A stretch of DNA of 64,000 nt from Blastocladiella emersonii ATCC 22665. Taxonomy: Eukaryota; Fungi; Blastocladiomycota. Location: contig JANHCV010000015.1 of NCBI GenBank assembly GCA_025594325.1, forward strand, positions 434,001 to 498,000, given 5' to 3'. The number at the start of each line of letters is the position of its first letter. Within the stretch, counting starts at the first letter, position 1. The notes below the pieces were generated by a model. The model had not been told where the DNA came from, ran no database searches, and saw only the letters and a list, made by a program, of their open reading frames with translations. A program made the position numbers and the translations under genes. Shown here piece by piece: positions 1 to 10,500 of this stretch.

Positions 1-506
1 TCGGCGGTCGGCGGTGGCCGCGCCAGCGCCACGCCGTGACATGACATCGCACGCGCGGCCATGGGAACTCTGCGTCGCCCCAGGGGCTGCCCTGCCCCGG
101 TGCGAGACACCGTGTCTACGCCCCCGCAACACTCGGACGCCCGCCGCACCTTGTCTGTGCCCGCCCAGGCCGCCCGTTGACCTGGGTGGGACCCCGCCCC
201 TCGGATCTCCGTCGGCTCTTGGCGCTCTGGTCCGCCTTTGGTTGGGCCTGCGTGTTGATGAAGTAGCGCCCTCCTCCTCGTCGCCCCCTCGCTCTCCTTC
301 CTACCCTCACAACCGCGCAGTGATACCCCCGCCGTGGCCGACCCGCGACGACCAGGTCCGCACACCCACGTCGCGCCGATCCCGCTCCATCGCCATCGCT
401 CGCTCGCCCGCCCGAGTCCCCCACGCTGACCAACCCGACCCGACCCGTCTAGGCCCCATCCCCTTTGACGACGTGATTGCCTGAGTGATCGACTACCACC
501 TCCGTC

Positions 507-1649
507 ATGGCCAGCAAACGCACGACCCGCGTCTTCTCGGCCGCCGAGGTCGCCAAGCACGCGACCGAGTCCGACTGCTGGATCACGCGCCGCGGCAACG
601 TCTACGACGTGACCGCCTTCATCGGCGACCACCCGGGCGGGCCCGAGCTCATCACCGAGTACGCCGGCAAGGACATTGACGCCGTCATGCACGACGCCGA
701 CATCCACGACCACTCGGACGGCGCCTACGACATTCTCGACGACTACCTCATCGGCCGCCTCGAGTCGGCCTCCTCGGGCGACGGCGAGGACAGCGGCGCC
801 GACGTGTCCGACGACATCCCGTCAGCCAAGCGGTCCGCGCAGTCCTCGGGGTTCGTGGACCCCGTCTCGGCGCTCGACGAGCAGCTCACCGAGGAGCTGG
901 CCTCGGCCAAGAAGCCGCTGCTCGACCTGTCCAAGCCGCTGCTGTGGCAGATGCTCACGTCCACCTTCTCCAAGGACTACTACATGACCCAGGTCCACAT
1001 TGCGCGCCACCTGCCCGAGCCCGCCACCATCTTCGCCAACCCGGTCCTCGAGATCTTCACGCGCACGCCGTGGTACCTGGTCCCGCTGTGCTGGCTGCCC
1101 GTCGTCGCGTACCTCGCCTACGACGCGCACGTCTTCGGCGGCATGACCTTCCCCTCGCTCGCGGCGCACTACGCGTTCGGGCTCGGCATGTGGACTTTCT
1201 TCGAGTACACGTTCCACCGGTTCCTGTTCCACATTGACGCGCTGCTGCCCGACCACCCGTACGCGCTGACGGTGCACTTCCTGGTCCACGGCATCCACCA
1301 CTACCTGCCCATGGACCGCATGCGCCTGGTCCTGCCGCCCATCTTCTTTGCCCTGATCGTGCAGCCACCGTGGTGGGCGTTCCGCGCCGTCTTCGACCAC
1401 ACGACGTGCGCCGCCATGTTCTCGGGTGGGATCACGGGCTACATTATCTACGACCTCACCCACTACTACCTGCACCACGCCCGCGTCCGCACCGCCCACA
1501 TGCGCGAGATGAAAAAGTACCACCTCGCCCACCACTACAAGAACTACGACTCGGGATACGGCATCACGTCCAAGATCTGGGACTACGTCTTTGCCACGGT
1601 CCTCGACTACACCACCGCCAACGGCAAGCCCGTCGCCAAGACGGCCTAG
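507..1649 (+). CDS. SCS7: Sphingolipid fatty acid 2-hydroxylase with N-terminal cytochrome b5 domain
   Basis: Intronless 380-aa ORF. Cytochrome b5 heme motif HPGG, then four His boxes (HRFLFH, HGIHH, HYYLHH, HLAHH) and C-terminal YGITSKIWDYVF typical of the FA2H/Scs7 family. Confidence 0.95.
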   Translation: MASKRTTRVFSAAEVAKHATESDCWITRRGNVYDVTAFIGDHPGGPELITEYAGKDIDAVMHDADIHDHSDGAYDILDDYLIGRLESASSGDGEDSGADVSDDIPSAKRSAQSSGFVDPVSALDEQLTEELASAKKPLLDLSKPLLWQMLTSTFSKDYYMTQVHIARHLPEPATIFANPVLEIFTRTPWYLVPLCWLPVVAYLAYDAHVFGGMTFPSLAAHYAFGLGMWTFFEYTFHRFLFHIDALLPDHPYALTVHFLVHGIHHYLPMDRMRLVLPPIFFALIVQPPWWAFRAVFDHTTCAAMFSGGITGYIIYDLTHYYLHHARVRTAHMREMKKYHLAHHYKNYDSGYGITSKIWDYVFATVLDYTTANGKPVAKTA

Positions 1650-1878
1650 TTTTGTTGTCAATTCTATTGTGCACAGTTGCAATTGCTCTCCCTCTACCAT
1701 ACACTTTTTTTACGAATACATGTAGACTGTTGTGTCACCTGACGCCTCGATGAGCCTCGCGTCAACGTTTGCTGCTGCAGGCACTGCGCTCCTCGCTCTC
1801 TCTTCTCTCGCTCCTCACGGCGGCCCGAATCCGCCCCTCTTCACACCCCGCAACGTAACGAACGGACGCCTGCCCACC

Positions 1879-4800
1879 ATGTCGCGCCACCGCAACATCC
1901 GCAACATGACGGCGGACGGTGAGTGTCTCCTCCCCTCTCACTCATGCAATCCAGATGAACGCTCACGCTCGAGCTCGACCTTGCAGACTACGAGGACTTC
2001 TCGGACGGAGAAGAGTCGGCCGCCTTCGAGACGGCCATGCACGAGCTGCGCGAGATCGTCGGCGACTCGTTCCCCGACGCCGAGCTCGAGGAGACGCTCG
2101 AGTACTACCACCTCGATATTGCCAAGTGTGTGTCGTGGCTGCTCGGTACGCTGTTGCGCCTCGAGCGAACTGATCGGATCCAGCTGACCTGTGCGAGGCG
2201 CGGGGTAGACGGCGTCGACCCCGAAGTCGAGGGCACCCTGGGCTCCACCGCCGCGGCCAAGCCAAAGGGTACGCTGCTTGCTTGCCTCTTTGCCCTCCCT
2301 TCCCTCCCTCCACCCTCCTCTTCCTCCTGTGTGGCGGCTGCTGCGGGGGACGCGGCGCCGGTACGGCACGGCGCGGTGCTCGAAGCTCGCATGCGACGAC
2401 CGACCTGATCTTCAACACACTACCAAGTCATCACGAAGGGTAGGCCTCTCTCTTCACTCTCCTCGATCCCCGTCGCGCTGAGCCAAGTTGCACCGCTCTA
2501 ACGCCCACCCGATCGCTACGTAGGCCCGCCGCCGACGATCCGCCACCGCCCGCCGAAGCCCACACCCGCGGCCGCGAAACCCGCTGGCAGCCTGCTCGCG
2601 GGCTCCGCGCTCGGGTCGCTCCTTGCGCCGAAACTGGGTGCAGCGGCGCCCGCGAAGCCGAGCCTGCTCGCCGGCTCCGCACTGGGCTCGCTCCTCACGC
2701 CGAAGCCTGGTGCTGCTCCCGCGGCGGCGAAGCCGAGCCTGCTCGCCGGGTCCGCGCTCGGTGCGCTCGCGGCGCCGAAGCCGGCCACGGGCGCCGCCGC
2801 CGCCGCCGCCGCGAAACCGAGTCTGCTTGCGGGCTCCGCGCTCGGTGCGCTCGCTACGCCCAAGCCGGCCGCGGGTGCCGCCGCGGCTGCGAAGCCGAGT
2901 CTGCTCTCGGGCTCGGCCCTGGGTGCACTCGCTGCGCGGCGCTCGGCCCCTGCGCCCGCGGCGGCCGCGAAACCGAGTTTGCTCGCGGGCTCGGCGCTCG
3001 GCGCGCTGGTCGCACCCAAACCGGCGAGTCCTGTCGCGCCCGGCGGAAAGCCCAGCTTGCTCGCGGGATCGTCGCTGCTCGGGTCGCTCGTCGCGCCGAA
3101 GCCGGGTACCGCCGCGGCAGCGTCGCCGAAGCCGAACGGCGGCGGGCTCGCGACGTCGGCGCTCGGCGCGCTCCTCGCGCCCAAGAAGCCCGTCTCGCCG
3201 CCCAAGCCGGTGCTCGCACCGCTGCCTGCTGCGCTGCTCGCGAAACCCGCGCCGGTACCCGCTACCGTCCCCGTCGCGGCTTCCTTCGATGATGGGGAGC
3301 ACCCCGCGTCGCCGAGCTCGCACAGCCGCATGGCTCTCCCGTCGCTCTTCGCGCGCGCCATCGCCTCGACGACGACGCGCCGCACCACCACCTCCGCCGC
3401 CGCTCCCTCCCGCCGCCGCACGCGTCGCATCTTCCCCGACCCCGCACCCTACCCCTCGTGCTTCCTCCCTACCTACGCCATCACGCCGTTCGCTTTTGAC
3501 ACGCCCTCGCCCGACGACCTCGTCTTCACAGCCCAGGCCCAGAGCAAGGCGTTTTCGTCGGCGCCCGCGACGCCCGCGGCGCCCGCCAAGTCCAAGCAGC
3601 AACCCGCCGGAAACGGCAAGAAGGTGCCGCAGACGCCGCCGCCCGCGACCAAGTCGGCGGGGTCCGCGCCAGCGTCGACGGTCGCGGCGGGTAAGGGCAC
3701 CAACAAGAAGAACGGTGCACCTCCCGCGCCGCCCGCCAAGCTCGCGAACCCGATGGACGGGATCGCGGCGTCGGTCGCCGAGCTCGGGATCACGGTCGCG
3801 CCCGCGGCGCCGCCGGCGCCCGTCGTCAGCAAGAAGAAGATCGACATTGTCGCCGAGGCGGCCAAGCGCACCGAGCACCTGAACCTGGTGATCGTCGGGC
3901 ACGTCGACGCGGGCAAGTCGACGCTGACGGGCCACCTCATGTACCAGCTCGGCGAGGTGACCGACAAGACGATGCAGCGGTACTCGCGCGACTCGTCCAA
4001 GGCGGGCAAAGGGTCGTTCGCGTTCGCGTGGGTCATGGACCAGTCGGCCGAGGAGCGCGCGCGCGGGGTAACGATCGATGTCGGCGTGCACCACCTCACC
4101 ACGCCGTCGGGCCACCGCGTCTACACGCTGCTCGACGCGCCCGGGCACCGCGATTTTATCCCGAACATGATCAGCGGGGCCGCGCAGGCCGATGTCGCGG
4201 TGCTCGTCGTCGACGCGGTCGGCGGCGAGTTCGAGGCCGGGCTCGACGGCGGCGGCCAGGCCCGCGAGCACCTCCTGCTCGTCAAGTCGCTCGGGATCCC
4301 GCGGCTCGTCGTCGCCGTCAACAAGATGGACAGCAACTCGGTGCAGTGGTCGCAGGCCCGGTTCGATGCCATCCAGGCCGCGCTCGCCGGGTTTTTGGGG
4401 ACGATCGGGTACAACCCGAACACCCAGGTCGCCTTCGTCCCGACGTCCGGGCTCACGGGCACCAACCTGCGCGAGCGCGTTGACCCGGCGGTCTGCGACT
4501 GGTACGCCGGCCCGTCGCTGCTCGAGGTCCTCGACACCCTGCCCGTCCCCGCGCGGCCCGTCGCCAAGCCCCTCCGCATGCTCGTCTCCGACTACTCCAA
4601 GGGCGGCATGGCGTCCGGCACCGTGACCGTGTGGGGCCGCATCGAGTGCGGCGGGATCCAGGTCGGCGAGACGGTGCTCCTGATGCCACTCGGCGAGGAC
4701 GCGGTGGTCCGGCACCTCGAGGTCAACGACCAGACGGTCAAGTGGGCCGCGGCCGGCGACCACGTCACGGTCTCGCTGTCGGGCCCCGACGCGCAGCAGC

Positions 4801-5246
4801 TCTCGACGGGGCTCGTCGTGTCCTCGAAATCGCACCCGGTCCCCGTCACCAACCGCGTCGAGGCCAAGGTGCTCGTGTTCGACCCGAAGGTCCCCGTCAC
4901 GCTCGGGTACCCCGTAATCCTGCACCAGGGCACGCTCAACGAGCCCGCGGTCGTGTCCAAGCTCATCGCCGTCCTCGACAAGGTCGACGGCAAGGTCACC
5001 AAGAAGAACCCGCGCGTCCTGACCAAGGGCACCACGGCGCTCGTCGAAGTTACGACGGACCGGCCCGTCTGCCTCGAGCCCTTTACCGAGTCCAAGGAGT
5101 TTGGCCGGTTCATGCTCCGCAAGGCCGGCGAAACGCTCGCCGCCGGCATCGTCAGCAAGATCGTCTCCGTCTACCAGCCCGCTGCCATGCGCAACGAGAA
5201 CCGCGGCGGCGCGGCCGCGGCTGCGTGGTCTGTCAATGAGGATTAA
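1879..5246 (+). CDS. HBS1: HBS1-like translational GTPase with SKI7-like motifs; proposed exons 1879-1918, 1987-2145, 2209-2268, 2524-5246
   Basis: N-terminus MSRHRNIRNM and an HBS1_N-like exon. GTPase motifs GHVDAGKST, RGVTID, DAPGH, NKMD, then EF-Tu domains II/III. Donors gtgagt/gtacgc and acceptors cag/tag keep the frame into ORF 2979-5246. A micro-exon in the 2269-2523 intron cannot be excluded. Confidence 0.9.
2575..3200 (+). repeat. About 8 imperfect coding tandem repeats of 24-28 aa (KPSLLAGSALG[SA]L[LAV]APKP + Ala-rich linker) in HBS1
   Basis: Repeated agcctgctcgcgggctccgcgctcgg-like units, read in the HBS1 frame. Confidence 0.9.
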
Positions 5247-5250
5247 TGTA

Positions 5251-6658
5251 TCAGTGATTACTTGGCATCATCCCCGCCACCGCGGCCCACACCGCCGCCG
5301 AATCGTCGAGCGGCGACACCGCGCCCGCGTCCAGCAGCGACCGCGCCGCCGCTGCCTTGTCCCGCGCCACGGCCAGGTCGCCCGACGCCGCCGCGAACAC
5401 GGACGCGACCGCGAGCACTTTGGCCAGCATCCGCGGCGTCGTCGCAAAGTACTCGTCGAGCCGCGCGAACATGACGTGGCATTCCGCGCGCTGCGCGGGG
5501 TCTACACGCAGCGAGATCAGTGGGTGATGATTGTTGTGGGTGAAGACGGGTGGGCGGACGGACCGAGCAGCTGGCCGATCTGCGCGAGCTTCTCGAGCTT
5601 GGCCGCTTCCGTGACCACGACGTGCACGTCGTCAGCTGCGCCGCCGCCGCCGCCGTTGACCGTGTTCCGGTCGCGCGCGCGCCGCTCGTCGTCGATCCGG
5701 CGCGCCTGGCCGACAAAGAACCGCGCCCAGACCTCGAGCACGCGGCCGAACGCCGAGTCCGCGCCCGCCGCGGCGCCAGCGGCGCCGGCGGCAAACACCT
5801 GGCCGAGCTGAAAGTACCCGCCGGCAACCGCGACTCCGTCGGGCCCGTGCAGCTGGCTCGCGTAGAAGACGGCGCGCGCGAGGTACGCCGCAGCCTCGCG
5901 CAGCTGGCCGCGCGACAGGTATAGAAGGCCGAAATTGTGCGCGAGTTTTGCGTGGATGGCCAGCGACGAGCGCGGCGGTTGCTGCGAGGTGTGGGTGAGA
6001 GTGAGGTCGGAGGGTGATGAGGCGGCGATCTTGGTCAGCGCCCACTTCGCGGACACTAGGTACTCCTCGGCCTGGTCGTACTGCTTGAGCCCGATCGAGG
6101 CTTCGCCGAGAAGCAGGTAGCTCGGGACCAGCTCGATCGAGTGCGTCCCGAAGATGGCCATGGAGCACCGCAACGCTTGCAGCGCGGCCGGGATCGCGTA
6201 CGCGAATTCGCCCTCGAACAGGAGTTTTTGCGCGTCGGTGCGTGTGATGGCGAGAAGCTCTTTCTACACTCGTATACCCGTGGGTGTGAGAGACGGCACG
6301 TTGAAGGGGACGGCGCCGTGATGCGTACCCGCAGTGCGAGGATCTCGTGCTCCTTGGCCTTGCGCTCCTCCTCGGACCCGAGGAACGGGATCGGCGACCG
6401 CAGCCGCATCAGGATCGGGCAGATCTTGTTGTGGATGGCAGTCCCGTCCAGCACCTGGTGCTCCTTGTCGCAGTAGTACGTCAGCCGGCACTTGGGGCAC
6501 ACGCAGTGCGCGGGCTACCGGTGGACGCGTATAAGTTGTGGCGAGGGTAGGGAGAGGCAGGGGATGAGGCTTACGCGGCCACAGAGCTCGCACTCGTGCT
6601 TGACGCCCTTGGGCAGCCCAAGCGGGTTGATCATGTTGGCGCTCTCGAGCGACGCCAT
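5251..6658 (-). CDS. ZMYND12: Zinc finger MYND domain-containing protein 12-like (flagellum-associated), about 4 exons
   Basis: MASLESANMINPLGLPKGVKHECELCGR / PAHCVCPKCRLTYYCDKEHQ (MYND finger), then IPFLGSEEER and a TPR-like region (AIPAALQALRCSMAIFG...ELVPSYLLLGEASIGL). Canonical introns join the pieces. Confidence 0.85.
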
Positions 6659-7302
6659 GCTCGCGTGGCTGTTGCGGTCGGTTGCTGGCATCGTGGTATC
6701 AGCGTTTCATCGAGTGCGGATCGTTGCGCTGAGAGGGTGGGTTGCGAAGATCGCCAACGAGTCGCGTCGCGTCCCGAAACGCGTCCCCACCTCGATCACA
6801 TGATATCGCGGCGCGTGAGACATCCACCGTCTCAACCCTCGCATTCACCGACCTGACCGAGCCGACGATGGGGAACCCCACGAACGGAACCCGCGCGTGC
6901 GCGTTTTCGAGGAGCAATTGTACGATCCGGTGACGGTAAATGAGCGTGCGCGCCGACCTTGGTCGCGCGAGTTCGCGCGCATGCGAGATCAGCACTCCAT
7001 CACACGATCGGCGACGCTCTCACATGTCCCAGTTCATGACCAAGGGTGCCGCATTCGAACAACCGAGGGGTTTCCTGTTCGCGCAACCACTGGAACCCTT
7101 GGTGGGAACCGAAATGAGCGTCGCGGGTCACAGGGCTGATGGACGCGCTGACGCCCGAAACGGAGGTCGGAACGAGGCCCGTGTGTCCCGGATGTGAACC
7201 CGTTGGTTGCGAGGCTCGGCGCCATATAAAGCGGCCAGCGACCCTCGCCGCCGGCCTCGCTGGACGACATTCAGCTCCTCAAGACCAATCAGCATAGACA
7301 AG

Positions 7303-7590
7303 ATGCAGCTCACCAAGACCCTCCTCGCCGTCGCAGTCGTCCTCGGCCTCGCCCTGACCAGCGTCTCGGCTGCCCCTGCTCCCGAAGGTGCCTCGATCTC
7401 GAGTACGTAGGCTACGCCGGCTTGAATCCGAACGCGCCCTGACTGACCTCCCTCGTGCGTCCCACGACTAGGCATCGACAACTACTGCCTCCGCGAGTGC
7501 AAGGCCGACTGCGACCGGAAGGGCGGCAACAAGGACCGCTGCTACAGCGACTGCCGCAACTTCTGCCGCCGCGACCCCATCGGCCCCTGA
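7303..7590 (+). CDS. Small secreted Cys-rich peptide 1 (6 Cys, CX3CX3C-X9-CX3CX3C); exons 7303-7402, 7472-7590
   Basis: TATAAA at 7225; signal-like MQLTKTLLAVAVVLGLALTSVSA; phase-1 intron gtacgt...ctgac...tag. Mature exon SIDNYCLRECKADCDRKGGNKDRCYSDCRNFCRRDPIGP*. Confidence 0.85.
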
Positions 7591-8729
7591 ACGCGCTCGT
7601 AGCGCTGGTCGGTGTTGGCCAGAGTGAGAGTTCGTGTCGGACATGCGGAGGAGATTTGTAAAGATATACCGCGTTTTCGCTCAATTCCACTTGATTTACA
7701 CCGTTTGTCGAGAGTTGTGAGCGTGAGAAAAGCTCAGTGATCTCCTGCGAGCGTGATCTGCAAGTCGTCCCAGCAGGCCGCGTCGTTCATGTCGGCGTGA
7801 CTGGCTTGACTGAGCCGGGGGGCTGTGCACGTTCAGTAAATACTTCATCCTCAGGTTCGCGCACCTTTCCGCAACCATGCCATCGGTGGAGTGCTACGTG
7901 GAGCTAGAATTCGATGCGGGACGGATGTTTGATCGAAATTCTTGTCATCCTGCCGTGAGCCGAGGCGATCTTCTAAGCCAGAGCGTCGCGAATCGCGTGG
8001 TCACCTTCGTTCGTCGAGCACTCGAATGCACCCGTGGCGTCACAAACGGACGACGGACGAGGCGAAACCTCGGCGGCGCGGCAAGCTACGACCGAGAGAC
8101 GAGATCGGACCGAAACGAGCGCAGACGACGCGCTGCGCCACAAAACGCGTCCAGCCAACGCTCACATGATATCGCGACGCGTGAGACAAAATGTCGGCTT
8201 CGCATCTTCCGGTGTGGGCCGTGTAGGCGAGCCGAAATGAGTCGATGCGGCCGCGTGGGGCTCGCGACGGGTGCAATACGCGCAATCTGGTGAACTTTTT
8301 GACGCGTTCTCGCGCAAAATCGGCCCTTCGATCAAGATTTGATCACGAGGCGACGCGACTCGCATCCTCGCGCGCGCTGACTGCATCCCGCGTGGGTCCA
8401 CCTTACGGCAAGCGACCCCGCGGGTTCTCCCTCTCGAGCACGGATTGTGATCGGGGACGACGTCCGAAATTGAGTCATAGAGCTGAACGATGCCTTGAAA
8501 TGCGCGGGCCGAACGTATCGACGATCCGCGAAATTGGGGTCACAGGGCGGGCCGACACGTTGGAGTGCGAGGACCGAGCGAATCGACGTGGAAACCCTCA
8601 ACGTTGTGCCGGTTGACGGCCCGGATCCTCGCGACAAAGCAGTGTGCGAACCGTATAAAAGCGAGGCCGTCCCCCGCTGTCCAGTTCTGAACATCAGTCG
8701 CTCCTCCCTCCACACAGCCACTAGACAAG

Positions 8730-9023
8730 ATACAGCTCACCAAGACGTTCCTCGCCGTCGCCGTCGTTCTCGGCCTCGCTCTTACCGGCGGCGCTGCTGC
8801 CCCTGCCAAGGCTGACGACGTCTCGACCGAGATTACGACTCCGCTCGCATCGCACCAGCCGTCAGCGGCGTCCCTTGGCTAACGAGGCACCCTTCGCTCT
8901 TTAGGTGTCGATTTCCGCTGCTGGTCGTACTGCGCTCGCGCCTGCCGCGCCGACTGCGGCGACGACCAGGGCTGCCGAAACAACTGCTACCGCGAGTGCG
9001 ATCAGATGTGCCAGAAGAGTTAA
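8730..9023 (+). pseudogene. Cys-rich peptide 2, probable pseudogene (ATG>ATA, donor GT>TT)
   Basis: Context acaagATAcagctcaccaag matches acaagATGcagctcaccaag of peptide 1. The donor position reads ttacga instead of gtacga. Exon 2 is still intact: VDFRCWSYCARACRADCGDDQGCRNNCYRECDQMCQKS*. TATAAAA at 8654. Confidence 0.75.
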
Positions 9024-9184
9024 GGTGGGAAAACGAGTGAGAGACCGATGCGGAAGAACATACATGGTTGTTTGATGGCAAAATCACTTGGCATAGCGTG
9101 AAAGTGCCTGAAGCGACCCCCTCTTAGAGTATTCGCGTAAGTGAAAGTTCATACGCAAGTTGAGGTGCTCGCCATAACCACCGG

Positions 9185-10500
9185 GACATTTGAGCTCCCG
9201 GAACGTGCCGCGAGAAACTGTCTCGCGATTGTCGCGTGAAATCCAGGCGCTGATCGCGAGACACTCGTGCGCCACCAGCCTCACCTAGCCACGATGCGGC
9301 GCAGCGCGGCTGAGGCGTGGCCCGCCGATCTAGCGCCACACCGCGTCCCCCGTGAGCCCCACTTTGTATCACCCTGCGCCTCAGCCAAGTCAGTGGGCGC
9401 AACCGCTGCGGTTCGGCGCACCGCTGTCGAGCCACTTTGCGCGACTGCTGCGGTTCGGCGCACCGCGCTGGAGCCACGGCGTCGCGTCCGCTGCGTCAGT
9501 GGTCGCTTTCAAGTCGTGCTTGCGAGTACCTTGTCGGTCGGTGGTCGCAACTTGCGGAGCGAGCAAAGTAACGCCCCTGACGCCGAGCGCTATAAAGATC
9601 GCGTTCCCCGCCGCCCACCTCGAGTTGATCCAGTATACCACTCACAGCAGCAGCAAAGCGAGCCGGTCTCTTTTGCACACCTCAATCCAACCGACCGAAC
9701 ACTCTCGCTCACCTCTCCAACATGACGTTCGGTCTCATCGCGTACAAGAAGGCGCTGCTCAAGGGCGCGATTGTCGGGCACGCTGGTGGGCACGCGAATG
9801 GCGGCTTCAACGGGCACGCAAATGGCGGCTTCAACGGGCACGCAAATGGCGGCTTCAACGGGCACGCAAATGGCAGCTTCAACGGGCACGCAAATGGCGG
9901 GTTCAATGGGCACGCAAACGGCGGCTGGAACTCGGGCCACTCGGGCAACTGGAACTCGGGCCACAACGGCAACTGGAACTCGGGCCATGGCGGTCCCCCG
10001 GGCCATCCGGGCCCCGGCCACGGCGGCCCGCCGCACTCGCACTCGGGCGGCAACTCGCAGCACTGGGACGGCTCGAGCCAGTGGTCGTCGGACTGGAGCA
10101 GCGGCGGCAACTGGAGCAGTGGCGGCCAGTGGAACAGCGGCGGCAGCTGGCAGCACGGCGGCAATGGCGGCGGCCAGTGGTCGCACGGCGGCGGCCCGGG
10201 CTACGGTCGCCACCAGCGCGACGACGAGTTCTCCATCTACGACTCGTCCTCGTCCTCGTCGGACGACGCCTCGCAGCAGCTCGATGTCGGCGCCTCGTTT
10301 GATGTTGGCGCTGACGTGAACGCCGATGCCTTTGTCTCGGCGGGCGCCGATCTCTCGTCGGGCGTTGACGCGGACGCCGTTATCTCGGCCACGACCAGCA
10401 CCGCCGCCGTCGTCTAATCGACCAAGTCGGAGCTCGCGAGCGCGCAGGACGCGTCGGCTCGCTTGATATCATGTAATTAGGAATTAAATCGTCTTTAAAA
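9185..10500 (+). repeat. Segmental duplication copy A (Gly-rich gene plus flanks), paralogous to 53745-55060
   Basis: Colinear similarity from the upstream gagctccc...aaactgtctcgcg block to the downstream tcatgtaatt...aaatcgt block; boundaries approximate. Confidence 0.85.
9722..10417 (+). CDS. Gly/Asn/His/Trp-rich low-complexity protein 1 (GGFNGHAN and WNSG repeats, acidic C-terminal third)
   Basis: 231-aa intronless ORF with host-like codon bias; TATAAA at 9591; near-identical paralog at 54283 and diverged paralog at 63402. Confidence 0.85.
   Translation: MTFGLIAYKKALLKGAIVGHAGGHANGGFNGHANGGFNGHANGGFNGHANGSFNGHANGGFNGHANGGWNSGHSGNWNSGHNGNWNSGHGGPPGHPGPGHGGPPHSHSGGNSQHWDGSSQWSSDWSSGGNWSSGGQWNSGGSWQHGGNGGGQWSHGGGPGYGRHQRDDEFSIYDSSSSSSDDASQQLDVGASFDVGADVNADAFVSAGADLSSGVDADAVISATTSTAAVV

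Noticed and set aside
2400-2445. Possible 12-nt in-frame micro-exon (tcatcacgaagg) in the long HBS1 intron
   Set aside because: Needs a non-standard AAG acceptor; cannot be supported without transcripts.
2454-4925. 823-aa minus-strand ORF, and similar long antisense ORFs (822-1700, 28829-30349, 46729-47760, 47913-49106, 49859-51526)
   Set aside because: Shadow frames of real genes in GC-rich, codon-biased DNA; no motifs of their own.
9405-9480. Short direct repeat ctgcggttcggcgcaccgc x2 upstream of the Gly-rich genes (also near 53970-54035)
   Set aside because: Explained by a local duplication carried within the segmental duplication; no evidence of function.
9790-9930. Regular 24-bp repeats (also 54350-54490, and 12-bp units at 63470-63525) resembling a repeat array
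   Set aside because: No unique spacers; they are in-frame coding repeats of the Gly-rich proteins in a eukaryotic gene, not CRISPR.
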